Of a stretch of 64,000 nucleotides of DNA, positions 32,289 through 47,135 are shown piece after piece. Made by a program: the position numbers and the translations under genes. The stretch spans positions 326,948-390,947 of the forward strand of contig NW_019218017.1 in NCBI RefSeq assembly GCF_002571385.2, given 5' to 3'. Each line of letters begins with the position of its first letter. Within the stretch, counting starts at the first letter, position 1. Origin of the DNA: Stylophora pistillata. Its lineage: Eukaryota. The notes under the pieces are model-generated. The model saw only the letters and a program-made list of their open reading frames with translations. It searched no databases and was not told where the DNA came from.

Positions 32289-33998
32289 ATGGCGACCGTC
32301 GAAGACGAAATTAATAAAGATGGGGAAGACGTTACTTTCAAATCGCTGGTAACGAGGTGTAATAATTACACATTTTACAGCATCTTAAATGAAGCTTAGT
32401 AATTTGGCCTTTGATGTTTTCATCAGGGAATTGTCGATGTTTTGTGTGAAGCTTGCCAACAGCTGGGATGGAAGTCACCCACAAAGATACAAAGAGAAGC
32501 TATTCCAGTTGCTTTACAGGGTAATGATCTGTAAAATTTTCCAATATTTCAAGAATATTTTATTTGGTGCAGATTGCTTATAAAAGATAGGCAATTCAGA
32601 ATCGAATTTTCTTGTTTCGTTATCAATCCCAGTCGAGGATCTTCGAATTTGAATTCTTCTCTTAATGGCCTTTTTGTTTAACACTTGAACTCCCAGAATT
32701 GATTAATATGTGACCTCTCCAGGAAGTGAGAATAATCAAACTTTTCAGGCAAAAATTTTTATCTTGATCTTACACCAAATTCTTGTATTTGATTTACAAG
32801 GAAATATTTGTCAGCTAGCTAGAGGGGTGAAGTAGCAATATGGATTAAACACCTTACGTTGATGGCCTGTGTTAGTAGAGAGGAAACAACATAACTGTTT
32901 GATATTGAGAAAGGGACACACCTTGGGGGTATGACGTAATGTATTCCATAAGGTAAAACAGCATGCACTTGTTCCTCTGGCCACACAGTTGAAAGTGTCG
33001 ACTTGATCAATTTTACTTGCACTGAAAAAACTGGCAGGGATTTAAAAGCAATTTGCCTTCTTAATACTTTAAAAATGCTTTGAATTATCTTATACTCTTT
33101 TTTGCAGGCAACGATATTATTGGTTTAGCAGAAACAGGCTCTGGAAAGACAGGAGCATTTGCTCTTCCAGTTCTTCAGAAATTACTTGAAAATCCACAGA
33201 GATTGTATGCCCTTATTCTAACACCAACAAGGTTTGATTGATTGATATTGCTCAAATCCTATTTATTTTCTGACTTCATATGCTTTGGTGAATCTACTTT
33301 TTTAAAGTTTATTTATAATTATTGTAAGTGAAGTAATGTGAAGGGAATTTTCAAGGGTATGCTCTTGGTTTTCATGTTTTTTTGTGTTTCAATCAGTGAT
33401 AAGAGAATTTTACTTGATGGTTATTTTATAAATATTGTATTGCTTTAATTTGTGAATAGAATAAGAAAATGGTAAATTTTGTAAACACAATAAGAAAGAT
33501 GATAATGAGCCTTGCTCACCTTAGAGTCTCTGTGGCTCCGTGGTAGAGCATCAGTGCATGGAATCTGAAGGTCTGAAGCTTGATTCTTCATGGAGACTCA
33601 GAAATTTTTTCTCTTTCTCTATTTGTTTGTTTGTTTTTTTTTATATGAATTCAGAGAACTGGCATTTCAAATTTCTGAACAGTTTGAAGCATTAGGAGCA
33701 ACTATTGGAGTGAAGTGTGGTGAGCTTTTGCAATTTATTATCTAGGACTGCATTGATTTTGCTTAACATTGCTCTGTGACTGGTCAAAAAAAACTTGTGC
33801 CACTTTCTTAACCAATTAGATACAGAACTAAAACCAAGCATGACTTCGTTGGCCACCAGAGTTTTCCTGCTGTTTGGGCAATTTTTTAATTGCCCCATTG
33901 CTAAAAGATTTTTCAGTTTCCCAGGGTACCCTTCTATAACAGCTTCAGCAGATGGGTTTACCTCAGTTAAATATATTATTATTATATTTGTTATTTTA

Positions 33999-34041
<43 letters not shown>

Positions 34042-37000
34042 CATCATTATCATTGCTTAGTTTTAGTTTGAGTTCTTATTGGTTTGTAAAGGTTTTTCCT
34101 TTCTTCGGACTGGTTGTTGTTATAACTCTGGTTTTGGTTTTGGAACACTCAATCGAAAAGGGCTTTTATATTTGAGCTAATTACCACATGGTTTTTGAGT
34201 ATTTGATATCAGCAAGGTGTGACTAAATTACATATTATAATTCTCTGCAGCTGTAATAGTTGGTGGAATTGATATGATGTCACAAGCTCTCATGTTGGCA
34301 AAAAAGCCACATATTATTATAGGTAATAAAAAAGTGCCTTCTTTGTAACTACATTTTTGTCAGTAACTACTTGAAATGCATGTCTACACCAAATCAAAAT
34401 ATGGAGTCAAATTTGAATTGCCATTGTTCTGGACTCACTAGCCTCTCTCACATGTGACAATCCTTTTCTATTTCCATGTGAAGTTGAGGCTAGCGAGTCC
34501 AGAACAATGGCAATTCAAATTGGATGCCATACTTCGATTGGGTGTATATCAGGGTTCATATGGGCCCAGGAAAACCTGGAAAGTCCTGAAATTTTATTTT
34601 GTCATTTTTGTGAATTTAGAATTTGCATTCTAAGAAATGTATGTAGCCTGTCAGGAGAACTGATTTTTAAATCTTCGAATGAAAGGGTTTAAGGTGAAAT
34701 TTGAAGTCCTGGAAAAATCAGTCTGAGTCTGGGAAAAGTCTAGGAGAAATCCTTAAAATTTGTGTGTGAAAAAGGGTATGAAGCCTGGTATATTAATTGA
34801 AACTCTTCAAGTCCCTGATTTATCAAAGGGTGATGTCTAAAGCTGTAAGATTGTCCAAAGATTAATAGTTGGTTGTGAAGCAAACTTTTGAGGGTAACTG
34901 TGAAATTTGAGGATTTTCTTTTAGTCAGCAGATGTTGAAATTAGCTGTCAGCAGTAATTCTATTATTGTCAAAAAATCATTTGGTTTTCTTAAATTTTAA
35001 ACATGTAAAAGGATTGCTGTACCAGTTTGAACATTTATTTCACTTGTCATGCATAAAATAAGGGAGAATACTCCATTATGTTTTAGAATACCAGAAAACC
35101 AAACTGCTGTTTTTTATTTGTTTTTAATTGTTACCTCAAAAGATAAATTGTCCTACCAGATTTGACAGAAAATAGTGAATGAGTTAAAACCAGAGATCTA
35201 TAATGTACAATTATTTTTTATTAATTTTTTCATCTACACTCTGTACCTGTTATAAGTTGCTCTTGTTGTTTGTGACATATATTTCCTCTGGGAGGAAGTA
35301 GACACTGACAAATTTCTATTTTTTAGCCTCACCAGGAAGGCTTATTGATCACCTAGAAAACACAAAAGGATTTAACTTAAGAACTCTGAAATATCTGGTA
35401 GGTGATTATCGTTGTTTATTACAACTGCTCCAGTGATTATAGAGATGCTTGCACTCTGACTGGTCGAGGATTACGTTCTATCTTGCCATGATCACCTTGT
35501 GCAAGGTGAATACAGTGAAAGTACTAAATTTCAAAATAGCTGCCTTGCATTTTTGTCAGTGTTACCAGAGAACCAATAAACAAAATAACGAAAATTCAAT
35601 TCCGTAGAGCACAAAAGGTGCTAATAAGTTTGGTGTAACACTTCTCAAAAGAAGGATACAAAGTTTTTGTGGATTAACCTGTTAATTTCAAGTAGAAACT
35701 GGCTCTTTATTTTGATATGACCAATGGAAACAATTGAAACAGAAAGGTTTCAGCGTCAAAACAAATATTTACAACAGAAGTCAAAAGCACCAAAGCCATT
35801 ATATTTATTTATAACAATTATTTACTTCAGGCTCAGTGAATATTGTTGAACAATCCCCTTGCTTTGCCTTATTCAATCTCAACATATTTAACTTAAGCTA
35901 ACTCCAGTTACTTTTGATACAAGTTTACCCCCACCCACAATGTTTTTCCTAATCTCCTTACCTAGAAGGGTCTACAATTAATTGGGACACAAATTTTAAA
36001 AGGTGATCTTTGCTAATTCTCTCTTTTGTATTTATAGATAATGGATGAAGCTGATAGGATATTAAATCTTGATTTTGAAAAAGAGGTTTGTAAAAGAAAT
36101 GATAGAAAAGGAATTAGTCCGGTTGTGCAACAACTGTGTCATTATCTTTGTTAATACAACCTTTTGTAGGCTCTTGGATTGGAACAGAAACTGGCCTTGG
36201 AATCTGTATTTCTTTACATTTATTGGTTTTTTGACATGTGGTAATGCATGTTGTTGCTTGTTTTGTCCCTATTAAAATAATACACTTTATTCAAGAGGGT
36301 AGCACTGAACAGTTACTGAAACTAGTAAACTTGTGGCCTTCTAATTAATTTTATTTAAGTCAGTTAAAATATTGAACGAGGTTATTGCTTTCAGTAAAGC
36401 TATATTGCTTTCTTCTTTACGTATTGTTGAGATGAAGAAATTAGAGAAAAAATTGATATTACAATAGCCCATTTCTGAATTACCCTTGGCCTCATTTTCA
36501 AAACGAGTCCTGGTGCTCATCCTTTCATATGATAATAAGTTTTCATTCACATGCAAATTGAACTCATTTTCACAAGAATGGTTGAGCACCAGACCTCGTT
36601 TTGAAAAGAGGCCAAGGGTAATTCGGAAATGGGCTATTGATATTCCTAGGCTGTGCTCTAGGGAAAATTGAAGGCAGCCCAGTGCTCTGATATTGTGAAA
36701 TCCAGGGTGCCTAGCATCTTCTATTAATTTAAAAGAACTAAGATTCCCCAGTCACCCATGCGCAAAAGTAAGGTGGCGAGGGACCACTGGGCACTGTTGG
36801 ACCATAGCCCTGATATTAGCGACCTTAAGCAAATAAAACATGGCGATGACAACAAGGATGTAGCAAAACAAACAACATGCATGTTAAAATTTTGTACATT
36901 CCCTACCCATCCTTAGAAAACAAAGTGAAAACACTAAGACTCGGCGATTTGAGAACAGAAATATTGATAGCAAATTATTTAAGTTTCCTTTTGGAACTCA

Positions 37001-39607
37001 TTGCTAATCACATACCTTAAACATATCCAGCAATTTGCAAAATTCTTACTAAAAATAATGTGACTCCACTTTTTTAATCACCAATTCCCTTGGCATTGCC
37101 ATCTTGACTGTGTAAGGTGCCTAATGGGTCTGAGAAGAGGAAATTGATATTAAGTTGAACAAAGAGTCTCACATTTGCTGAACTTTAGGTGGACAAGATA
37201 TTGAAGATAATTCCCAGAGAGAGAAGAACATATTTATACTCTGCAACTATGACAAAAAAGGTGACAGATATTCTTTATTTATAGTAATAAAATAGTAATA
37301 GTTACCTGTGAAAAGGATATTAATAATTGTGACTAAAGAGTTTTGTAATCAGCTGTCATTTTCTTTGGAACACTGTACAATCTGTTTTTTTTTTTTTTAT
37401 TATTATTATTTTGGAAGGGAGTAGATTGAAAAAAGAGGAGAAAAAAGATAATTTCAAACTGAAGTACTGTTGTATTTAATTGAGGTAGAATTTCTTTTGT
37501 TTTTCTGCAACTGTAACAGTAATGTTTAATGGGAAAATTACATTGGTACAGCCTGAAAAGCATTATGTTATTAGGCACGTTCTGCTTACTGCAGTTTATA
37601 AATCTGATTCACTTGAATTTTGTCACAGGTTCAAAAGCTTCAAAGAGCTTCTTTACAAAGTCCAGTCAAAGTTGAAGTTGCAACAAAGTGAGTGTTGTTC
37701 ATACCTGTTTGGTGCACTCTGTTTGTTTACAACGTAGCTATTATCAAGTAGCGTTGTGGACACTAAATGTACTATTGATAGCTTCAGATAACAGAATTTC
37801 CTTCTCATTTAAGATATACCACTGTGGACAAGTTACAACAGAGTTATTTGTTTATACCAAACAAATTTAAGGTAAGGAATATGCCTCTGGTGCCATTGAT
37901 GAATCCACTTTGGACAAGGATCTGTGATGAGGTGCCATTGATTCCTTCAACACTTTGACCCCCATGAGAGAGCAGCTCATAATTTCTCCAGCGTACTCCT
38001 TTGTCACCTAATCTGATTCTTATTGACGACACTGACAATTTTTGTGAGATTAATGCTGAAATGCTCATTTGTTCCAAATATTCTGCTACCTGATAATTCT
38101 TCTTCCTACTGTTAGTCCTGTTCGTCTTTGAAGGTGTGATTCCTTTTTTTTTTTTTTTCCCATAGGACTGTTATCTTGTATCTGTCCTCAATGAACTGGC
38201 TGGAAACAGTTTCATGGTGTTTTGCGGCACATGTAACAATGTGCAAAGGTAAGTAACCTTTTGACCTCTAAGAGTGATGGGAATCTAATTTCTCCTTACA
38301 ATATATTGCTAGATTAACATTATCAGAACAAAGGAAATGATCGTCAACTAAAAAAGAAGCTCTTGATCGTTAAACAAATATTATTCTGTAGAGAGAACAG
38401 TATGGAAAAGTTGGATTCTGTTGTTAAAATGCCAAACTGTTTAAATGCCCAAACTCTTGTCTAATACAGACATCCATTATTGGATTTTTTTTTTTAAGGG
38501 TGACACTGATGCTGAGAAATCTTGGTCTCCAGGCGGTGCCTCTTCATGGACAAATGACTCAGGTATCAAAGACAGTAACTGTATTCTAACAATAAGAATA
38601 TTAAATGTGCAGATTTCAAACTGAGAGTTTGAAATCTGCAGTGGTGTAATAGGAAGCTGTGGCTAGGAAAGGTGCCTTAGCCCTTCATCTCCCAAAATCT
38701 GATTATTTTTAATTCTCGCCTGTGGCTGCTACACATTTCCTTGTTAATTAGTGACAAGAATTTGGTGTTAGATCGAGATAATAATTTTTACCTTATTATT
38801 TTGAGTATTCTCATTACTTTTTTTCTGGATAATGTATGGAAATTACCGGGAGAAGTTAAATGTTAATCACCTCTGGGAGTTAAAGGGTTAAGGCTAAACA
38901 GACGGCAGTAAGATGTGTTATAGGCAGTGGTATAATGTAGTTGTGTAAGCAAGCACACGATTGTAAGCCAGTACACTGTTGTAAAAACCCCCCCTTCTGG
39001 GGATGAATGAGGTTGTTTCTATGAATAGTTCTATGAATAGTTTAATGAATAGCTTCTATGAATAGTTTAATGCGTTTACCGGTATTTGTTAACACAGATC
39101 GGGTGACTGAAGCTCAGAAGTATTTTGTTTTTCCATTTTTTAGTCAAAAAGACTTGGTGCCTTGAACAAGTTCAAGTCTAAAGACCGTTCAATACTGATC
39201 GCCACAGATGTGGCCAGCAGGGGTCTGGACATTCCACATGTGGACGTTGTCGTTAATTTTGATATACCAACTCATTCTAAGGTACAAATGTATGGAAATA
39301 GTAGCCTCTTTCACTTGCCTTTAAAACATGCTTAGAATTTTGTCCGCGATATTCTCTGTTTCGAGAGGCAAACGGTTTCTAGGGAAAACTCTTGAGTAGC
39401 AAATAATGTCCAAGGACAAAACCCTTTATAAAGCGAAGTGGAGGCTGTCATATTTATTAGTAGGAAACAACTTGTTGAATGGGGCCGCGTTAAAACCAGT
39501 TCAGCTTTTAACCCGTTTGGTCAACTTCCATGAGCGATCAAGACTGAATTTACCCTTAGAACATCCATACAATATCAAGCAAACAAGTGATGATAATAAT
39601 AATAATG

Positions 39608-39648
<41 letters not shown>

Positions 39649-41135
39649 TACAATAATAATGATAAAATGTACATCAATTAGGGGATTATTAGTTGGCTTA
39701 AAACCAAAATTTCCGATCCAATATTATAAGAATTGTTTGGCAGACAGTAAGGAGAATTACTATGATGAGATCTTGGTAATCGGAGGGTTATAATGTCACA
39801 TCTCCAGCAAATTTAAGAGAATAATTTACGACAATCACTGGGAAAGTTGAAATATCAAACTTAGTGCAGCCATCTCCCTGTGATTGTTTCGTATCGTATC
39901 TACCCATTCCCGGCAAGGTACCGTACATTTGTTTCTGGAAGTTCTTGCTAACTATCATGTCAAGTTGAGAACAAGGCTCTTACTCTCATTCATTCATATT
40001 CTTTTTCTTTAGGATTATATTCACCGAGTTGGACGAACAGCCAGAGCTGGTCGGTCTGGACGCGCTATCACGTTCGTCACTCAGTAAGTTAGTCCTCAAT
40101 TTCCTTTAATCCTCGCGAATGGATGGAATGGTTTCTATGTATCTCGAACTGTATAGATAGAGTGTCGTAACAAAGTGCAATGTAAGCTACCAAGGGTTAG
40201 TATTCCTATAAAAATGTAACGGACGAGGAAACGTGAGCTTTTTCTTTTTTTTTCCTTTTTTTTTTTTAGTTGTTTTATCTTCCCTTCTCTTTCCACTCCA
40301 TGATTTAATGGAGAGCTAAGAAGTCCTTGTTTTATTTACAGGTATGACGTGGAATTATATCAACGAATCGAGCAGCTTATAGGCAAAAAACTACCTCTCT
40401 ATCCGACAGTGGAAGAGGAAGTCATGTTACTGATGGAACGAGTTACGGAGGCACAGAGATACGCTAAGATGGTAAGATTTCCCTCACATTCGTCTCCATA
40501 CATTCAAGCGTGTTTGTATGTAACATGTATGTACAGTTTAACGAGTAGGTTCCATTTTGCTGTTCGGCTGTGCCGTATAAGAACACGGGTGACATCAAAA
40601 TTTGGTAAGAATAAAGAGTGTGTTGGCTGAACACTAATGGCCGGTTATTTAAACAAAGTTTAGCCGTTGTTTAACAAATCCGCGTTTTAAGCCATCCTTA
40701 ATTTAGCCGAACCTATTACCTGAACATTTATTTTTGGGAACACCGTCAAGAGAGCCCAAAGCTAATAGTGGAAGGACCTTCAATTCATTAAATTAAATTA
40801 AATTAAATTAATCCCTGAGGCCCCTCTGCTTGCGTGGAACAGCGGTTTGGGTTAGGCCTCTTGTAAATAACCGGCCTTGAATTTCACCCTTCGTAGGGGT
40901 TGCTCATTGCAGTCCCAGAGTCAGTGGACCCTTGGCATATCTTGTGCACCTCCTCCTGGATCTCGTTTTTCTCTGAGTAACTTTGATTCTTCCTATTCTC
41001 ATTTAGGAGCTCCGAGAGTTACAAGAGAAAAAGAAGAGGCCCTTGGAGGAAAGAGAAGACAGTCAGGAGATCAGAATGCCGAGCAAGAAAAAGAAATTTG
41101 CTGCTGGCAAGAAAAAGGGAAAGAAATTTAAATAA
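32289..41135 (+). CDS. DDX47: DEAD-box RNA helicase DDX47/Rrp3, ~16 exons
   Basis: Q motif ([15 protein letters not shown]), [82 protein letters not shown], Lys-rich tail ...KKKGKKFK*. Confidence 0.95.
36463..36638. mobile_element. MITE with ~25-bp TIRs
   Basis: AATAGCCCATTTCTGAATTACCCTTGGCCTC ... GAGGCCAAGGGTAATTCGGAAATGGGCTATT. Confidence 0.75.
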
Positions 41136-42597
41136 ACAATATTACATATAACGTATTTCATCGCGCAGGGCTCCTTTGCATTGAGAGTGCCGCCTTGCAT
41201 CCATCCATTTTTCAAAATCGCAAAATTGTGGCATTGAAGCAGTGGAATCGCGATGTTATTGTTTGAGAACATTCGACGAACGAATTTCTATCAAAACGTT
41301 GCGTGAGCCATTAAAGCATCATCGTAAACTGCCACACCAACGTTGCATGATTTGTGAAATTTAATGACTTGAAATCACAACAGTTTCAACAGTAATAGTC
41401 GTGGATATGTACATAGAATTCCTAGCATTTATATACATTTGAAATTTTTTACTGTTTGTCGCAGATATGCTTTTTTTTTTTATGATACTACCCTTCAGTT
41501 ATACCAAAGCTTCTTCAAACTGTTTTTTTTTTTTCAAATCCATTAAATTCTCATTCCGATAGAAAAACGTGTTAGCGTTAATCTTTCCCGAGTGCTGTCA
41601 CTGTCACAGGAACCGTGACCCTCTTGCTTTGCTATTTCTAGTATTTCTCTACCAGTGTCCCGGATATTGAAAAGTGTAAGAGATCCAAAATCCAATTAAT
41701 CCATTTGTTCGTTCGTTAATTCATCTACGTAGTTATTTTATTCGCCTCAAACTCCTTCATAACTGCACTCCTACTGATTTTTGGCATGGATGTAAAAATC
41801 GGTTACAAAGCTAGGTCTGTTTAAGAGAGCAAGGAAAAAATCAATCAAAATTAACTTCGTAGTGTGGTTATTTTCTTCTCTTTCACGCTAAATTCTTTTA
41901 TCGCCTATTCCATCTTTTGCTTTCTTCCAGGCGTTTGATTAGTAAACAGCGAGTTTGTTTCGCTCCACTCTGTCGATCCCATCGCGCATTTATTAAATGA
42001 GCAAACGCCTGCAACAAGCAACTCTAATCTTTAGGACAAAGTTCTCATTAGCTCCCCCTGGACAGCAATGTTAAGAGGCCTCTACTCTCTTGAGACAATC
42101 ATGTCTCCATGGTGACGATGTAACTTGCTCATCCTTTACATCCACAAAATGGTTTAGCGTTTTGTGTGGGTTCATGTAATCCAAACTGGTGGGAAGGTAC
42201 TGAATTTTCTACAAAACACCAAAGAAAGGTCTCATCAAAACACTTTTCACCATTACCTCCTCAACAACTTACCAAACCGCGTCTGGAAAGGGAATTAAAG
42301 GACTGCCGGGGTGCTTACTGCAATCATTTAGTGAACTCAACCAAGAATAGTTTCGGAACTTATTCAGTCCGTGAAAAGAAAACAGGTGCATGAGGATAAG
42401 AGCATAAGTAATCGTGTCTATTGTAACTGAAATTGTTTCCAAACCCAATTATGTTTACACAGGAACCGAATTACCGCAAATCAGTTCTAGATTACCGTGC
42501 AGTTATGTCCTGTAAGGTTACCTTAATTTGTTTTCCTGAAAAAAGCCGTTTTTTTTTGCAGCAAAATATTCAATCAACGGAAGACGGAATGCGTCCG

Positions 42598-45500
42598 TTA
42601 ATGAAAACTTGGCCTTATTTTCTGAATCTTCTTAATTTTTTCACCTGTTGGTATTTTCTTCAGCAAGTCCTTTGCTATCATCGAGAAGAGTTCGGCTGGT
42701 AAACATGAAAAATAAAATCCATCGAACAGTTTGACCATCAGTCAATGAAGCGATAAATCTATTTGTTAATCAATCGATGAATTAGCTTACAAGCAGTCCC
42801 TCCTTTTCGACGAAGTCCGTCGCATCGGCGCCACTCCAAGAATTCTCCGCAGCGTGCCAACATCAATTTTTTTTCCTATTTATTTTTTCCTCGCACGACG
42901 AACTTAGCCGAAAACGAGGGACTTCTCGTAGTCTATCAATAAATCACATCAGAAATCAATATATCATTCAGTTAATCGATTTATAAATCAATCAATCTAT
43001 CAATTAATTAGTGTACAACAAGTATTTCGTTATGTACTTACTGACGTTTTCTCCCGTTTTACTTGACGTCGCGATTACTTTCCTTGCATTGATTTCTGGG
43101 AAGATTGGGTAAGTGTCAGTGGTAATGAAAGTAAATCGGTGGAAATATGACGAGTAAAACCCAGAAGAACAGAATAATACCCAGACCCCTGACTTCTTCT
43201 GGTCCACAGTAACTCAAATAAATAAAGAATCTGGCCGATGTATATGTTGTAGTTTAATTTTATCCTTGGTTCAAATTTTATTTTCCTTACTTTCAAGCTC
43301 ATTATGATACATTAACATGACCGAGAACAAAGGAAAATAAAATTTGAACCAAGGATAAAATTGAACTACAACATATACGTAATAATAAGTCTTTCGTTGT
43401 TAAGTTAAGCCAAGAATCGCAAATTACTTTTTAACCAGAGACGAAGATTTCACCAATCTAGAATGCAAGGGAATTAAAAGCTCAAAAACTCACTTTGGGC
43501 GTAATCCTCTGCCTCGTCCCTGGTAACTTCTCTATTTCTGCCGCCGAAACTTACCAAGTCACACTTTGTTCCGCACAGATAAAGCCCACAACTCTACAAC
43601 AACAATATCACAGTTGGTCATACATGGGTTCTTAGTCTCCATGTTCCTCCGTCCGACCATCCACCAGTCCAGAATAACGCGTCAAGGAAGTGCAACGTTG
43701 CCAAGAATGACTTTATTTTACAATTCATTCAAATTTGTTAACGAAGAACACTACAAGACCGTAGAACAAAGAACTTAACAAATAGATCCTTGCATTTCCT
43801 TGCTGTATTGAATGTCCTTTGTGTTCAAACTTCCTTGTTTTTCATTTTTAGCCGTTATTTTCGGTTTCGCGAGGGGAATTGGAGGATAAGGTGGTACTCA
43901 CATACCTCGTTATTTTGGCGAACTTCTGTTGCGTAAAACTTGGCTTTTTCAAAGCTAGAGTAGTCGCATACATCTAGAACATGTGCAAACGATAATAAAC
44001 ACACGGATGCTGATTAGCTGGGCCTTAAGAACTGGACAAGTGTAGAGAGTCAGTGAGAAATCTATGTAATATTTACCATCGTAATAACCTTAAGTAAACA
44101 AAAGTGCGTTTACCGTAGCAAATGATGGCAGCTTCAGCTCCACGATAGTATAACGTAGTCATTGATTCGAACCGCTCTGAGCCTGCGGTGTCCTAAATAA
44201 AGACGGAAGAGTGAATGGAAAATGCTATGTAGTTTTAGTATCCTATCTTGTCAGTAACATATATATAGCTATATTAGTGTATTTATAATGTTATTAATTG
44301 GTTGATTAATTAATTAATTAATTAGTTAACCTTATATTTTACTTATTATCTCTGAACTTTTATTGTAACTTTTTAGTATTATATTTCATTTATTTTCTAC
44401 TCGATTCATTAGCTATCTAAGCTAGGTGCCTGACAAGCTCCATAAATTTCGAGTATATATAAATGAATCTACAAATCTACAATGTTGTCTATTGATTCTT
44501 ACGTAATTGAGAGGGCATTGAAGGCTATTAGAAAATGAAAAAGTGGCTTGAAGAACTCTCAGATAAACCGAAATATCACACAAACCAAAGCTATTAAATG
44601 AGAGTTTACGTGAGTATGTAGGAGCCCCTGATACATGTATGTCACCCAAACCTATGAGACGACGACGAGGGCAACTGAAAACTCTCAAATATCCATACAG
44701 ATCAACTCCCTGTCGCCAGATAGGACGGTTCCAACGGTTTGCGTTGGAAGTCTAGGCAAACCCATGCTTTGTTTGCTTGGCATTAATCTCTGAGGTTTTT
44801 AACATTATATTTATTTAACACCTAACTTTTCCATGCGTTTCCTAACCGACTGGTGGAATAAAAGTCATAAAAGCGACTTATCCAGTAAGGCCTGTTAGGT
44901 AGAAAGTGGAAACAAGAGTTCCACGGCCACATTAATTGCTTTTGGTGACACTGTTGCCAAAGTAATCACGGAGATGACTTTTTGTACCTCAGCGAGATTA
45001 ATTTAACCAACGTAAACCAAAATAAGAAGTTTCTTGTGGGTCCAAAGCAAGGTCAGTAGACAAACAAAGCTCATCCACTAATTGAAGTTAGAAGAGACAG
45101 TCAAATTTGGAAACTCATCACGATAGCTTCACGTACACAAACAAGTTTGGACTTTGAATTCAAATGGTAAATAAATGTTACATAATGATATTAAGCGAAT
45201 GACTAAATCATACTTAACTAAGCGTGCCGTAGTCATCAAAAGTTTTTACGGCTAAAATTTATTGCATTTCTGTATGGATGTTTTTTGGGTCTGATCAAAT
45301 TTCGTCAGAAAGTTTACTGCCAGACAATCTGCATAGGAGTATAGAAATTTTCATAGCTGGAAAACGGTGACTCATGTTGAGATAAAGATTGGCTCACCCA
45401 TATTCCAAGAGTGACGTATTTTTTACCCACGGTCACTTTCTTCGCCACAAACGCCGCCCCTATTGTCTGCAAAGGGTAAAAGTATAAACATGAGTTCGCC

Positions 45501-46941
45501 GGAAATGGAACTTTCGCCAAACGAAATTTGACCCTAACGCGCAAGTTTTTCATTCAGCTCTGTTTTCAAATCCAGGCAAGAAATGCAATTTCGTTTGATT
45601 TTACATAACTTCTGCACATTTTTCTGTTTGAGATTTAGTACGATCTTGCTTAATCTCCGGTTTTGCAAACGTTTTCAATAATGTGAACAGTTTCAGAGAG
45701 TCTTTTCTCCCCCAAAATGAGATTATGGTATTTCTCTGAGCTCTTTGGCAAGTGCGGTTTGGACACTTCTCAGGTACAGTTTTTCGTTTCATTTCTGGTC
45801 ACAGTTAGGGAGGAAAGTCCATGTGAGCGGCAAACTGACTCTTTTGAATATCTAGGACTGCGTGGTGACTAGATATATATTTAAAAAATTTCTAAAAGAA
45901 TCGAAAACAGGGTCAACAACAAATAAGTAGATAAATAAATGAACAAATAAATGCATAGATAAGAAAAAGGAACTGAACCAGAAATTTTTTTCGAATAATT
46001 TTCGACCATTATTTGAAACTTTAATTAAAGAAAACAGTGTAGAAGAGACAATAGATCGTTGACAACAGTATGTTCAGAGAGACTATTTGTCCTCGAGCGG
46101 CCTGGCTCGTTGAAACGACGTCATCGGCTTCCAGTAAGTCAAGATTCGACAAGACCTAAATTAAAGAGAGTCCGTCTTGGCTCTGATGATCTGTGATATC
46201 ATCTGCACTTTCTCTCTCTCCCTCTCTCTCTCTCTCCCCTCCTCTCTCCCCCTCATCCAACAGTTTGTTTTCATAACTGCTTTCACTTTCCTACAGAATA
46301 AATAATTTATTTATCAAAACGGTAATTTGTAATCAGTGCCGATCGACTCCATTCTTGACCTCCCCGTTGCTTATATTTTCTGGCAAGCCATTCTGTTAAG
46401 TCATATTTCGATCTTACTTGAAAATTCTCTTCCTCTTTCCGACTTTTCTACTAAGATCAAAGGGATCTCTGCTCGCAGGGTAGCGAGAGAGCTTTCACAC
46501 GACGGTGAAGGAATTTCGACAGAATTTAAGTGTGGATACTGGGTTTTTGCACTTTCACATAAATTCACCATTGGGGAAAACGATATCAAGTACGTATAGA
46601 ATGTGAGTGATCACAACAAGTGTATCACAGATAGCGAATTCGAAATATGCATTTGAGAATCTAAAGACCTTTAGAAACTGGATGAATCAGGAGTCACATC
46701 AAATTGTAGCTGAATTCAAATGATGTATTCACTTCCTAAGCTGAAAGAGAAATAAGCTTCAAAACTCTCGATCCATCACATTATACTGAAACACACCCGT
46801 TGTCAAGCTGGAAACTATACTCACGGGTTCGTACGATGAAAGCTCGTTAAATCTGTTCGTTGTAAAACTTTCTATCAGGGCGGTTTTCCCAACGCAGTAT
46901 TTTCCTACTATGATAACTTTCTTCTCTTCCCTAGAACCCAT
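42598..46941 (-). CDS. RAB24: Rab24-like small GTPase, at least 7 exons (3' end uncertain)
   Basis: [13 protein letters not shown] / [17 protein letters not shown] / [26 protein letters not shown] / D..SFEKAKF / [10 protein letters not shown] / TSSKTGENV. The DTAGS and TKxD variants are diagnostic of Rab24. Confidence 0.85.
43241..43376. mobile_element. TA-flanked hairpin MITE (Tc1/mariner-like)
   Basis: ~48-bp near-perfect TIRs TATATGTTGTAGTTTAATTTTATCCTTGGTTCAAATTTTATTTTCCTT. Confidence 0.75.
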
Positions 46942-47135
46942 CTACAGCGACGCGCATGAGATGACAGCCAAAGTGATCAGCTTATCAAACTTGGATGTAA
47001 ATAAACGTTGGCCGACACTTTGGTCACGAATGAAGTAGTCACGCAATCTTTCAAGATGCTCTTAGGGTGGAAAAGTTGCGGAGCTACTGGGGAGAAAGAA
47101 TTTATCAAAGACATGACGGAAAGAAAGCAGCTGAG

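Noticed and set aside
33965-39665. Poly-Leu, poly-Asn and poly-Ile ORFs
   Set aside because: Translations of (TTA/AAT)n microsatellites in DDX47 introns.
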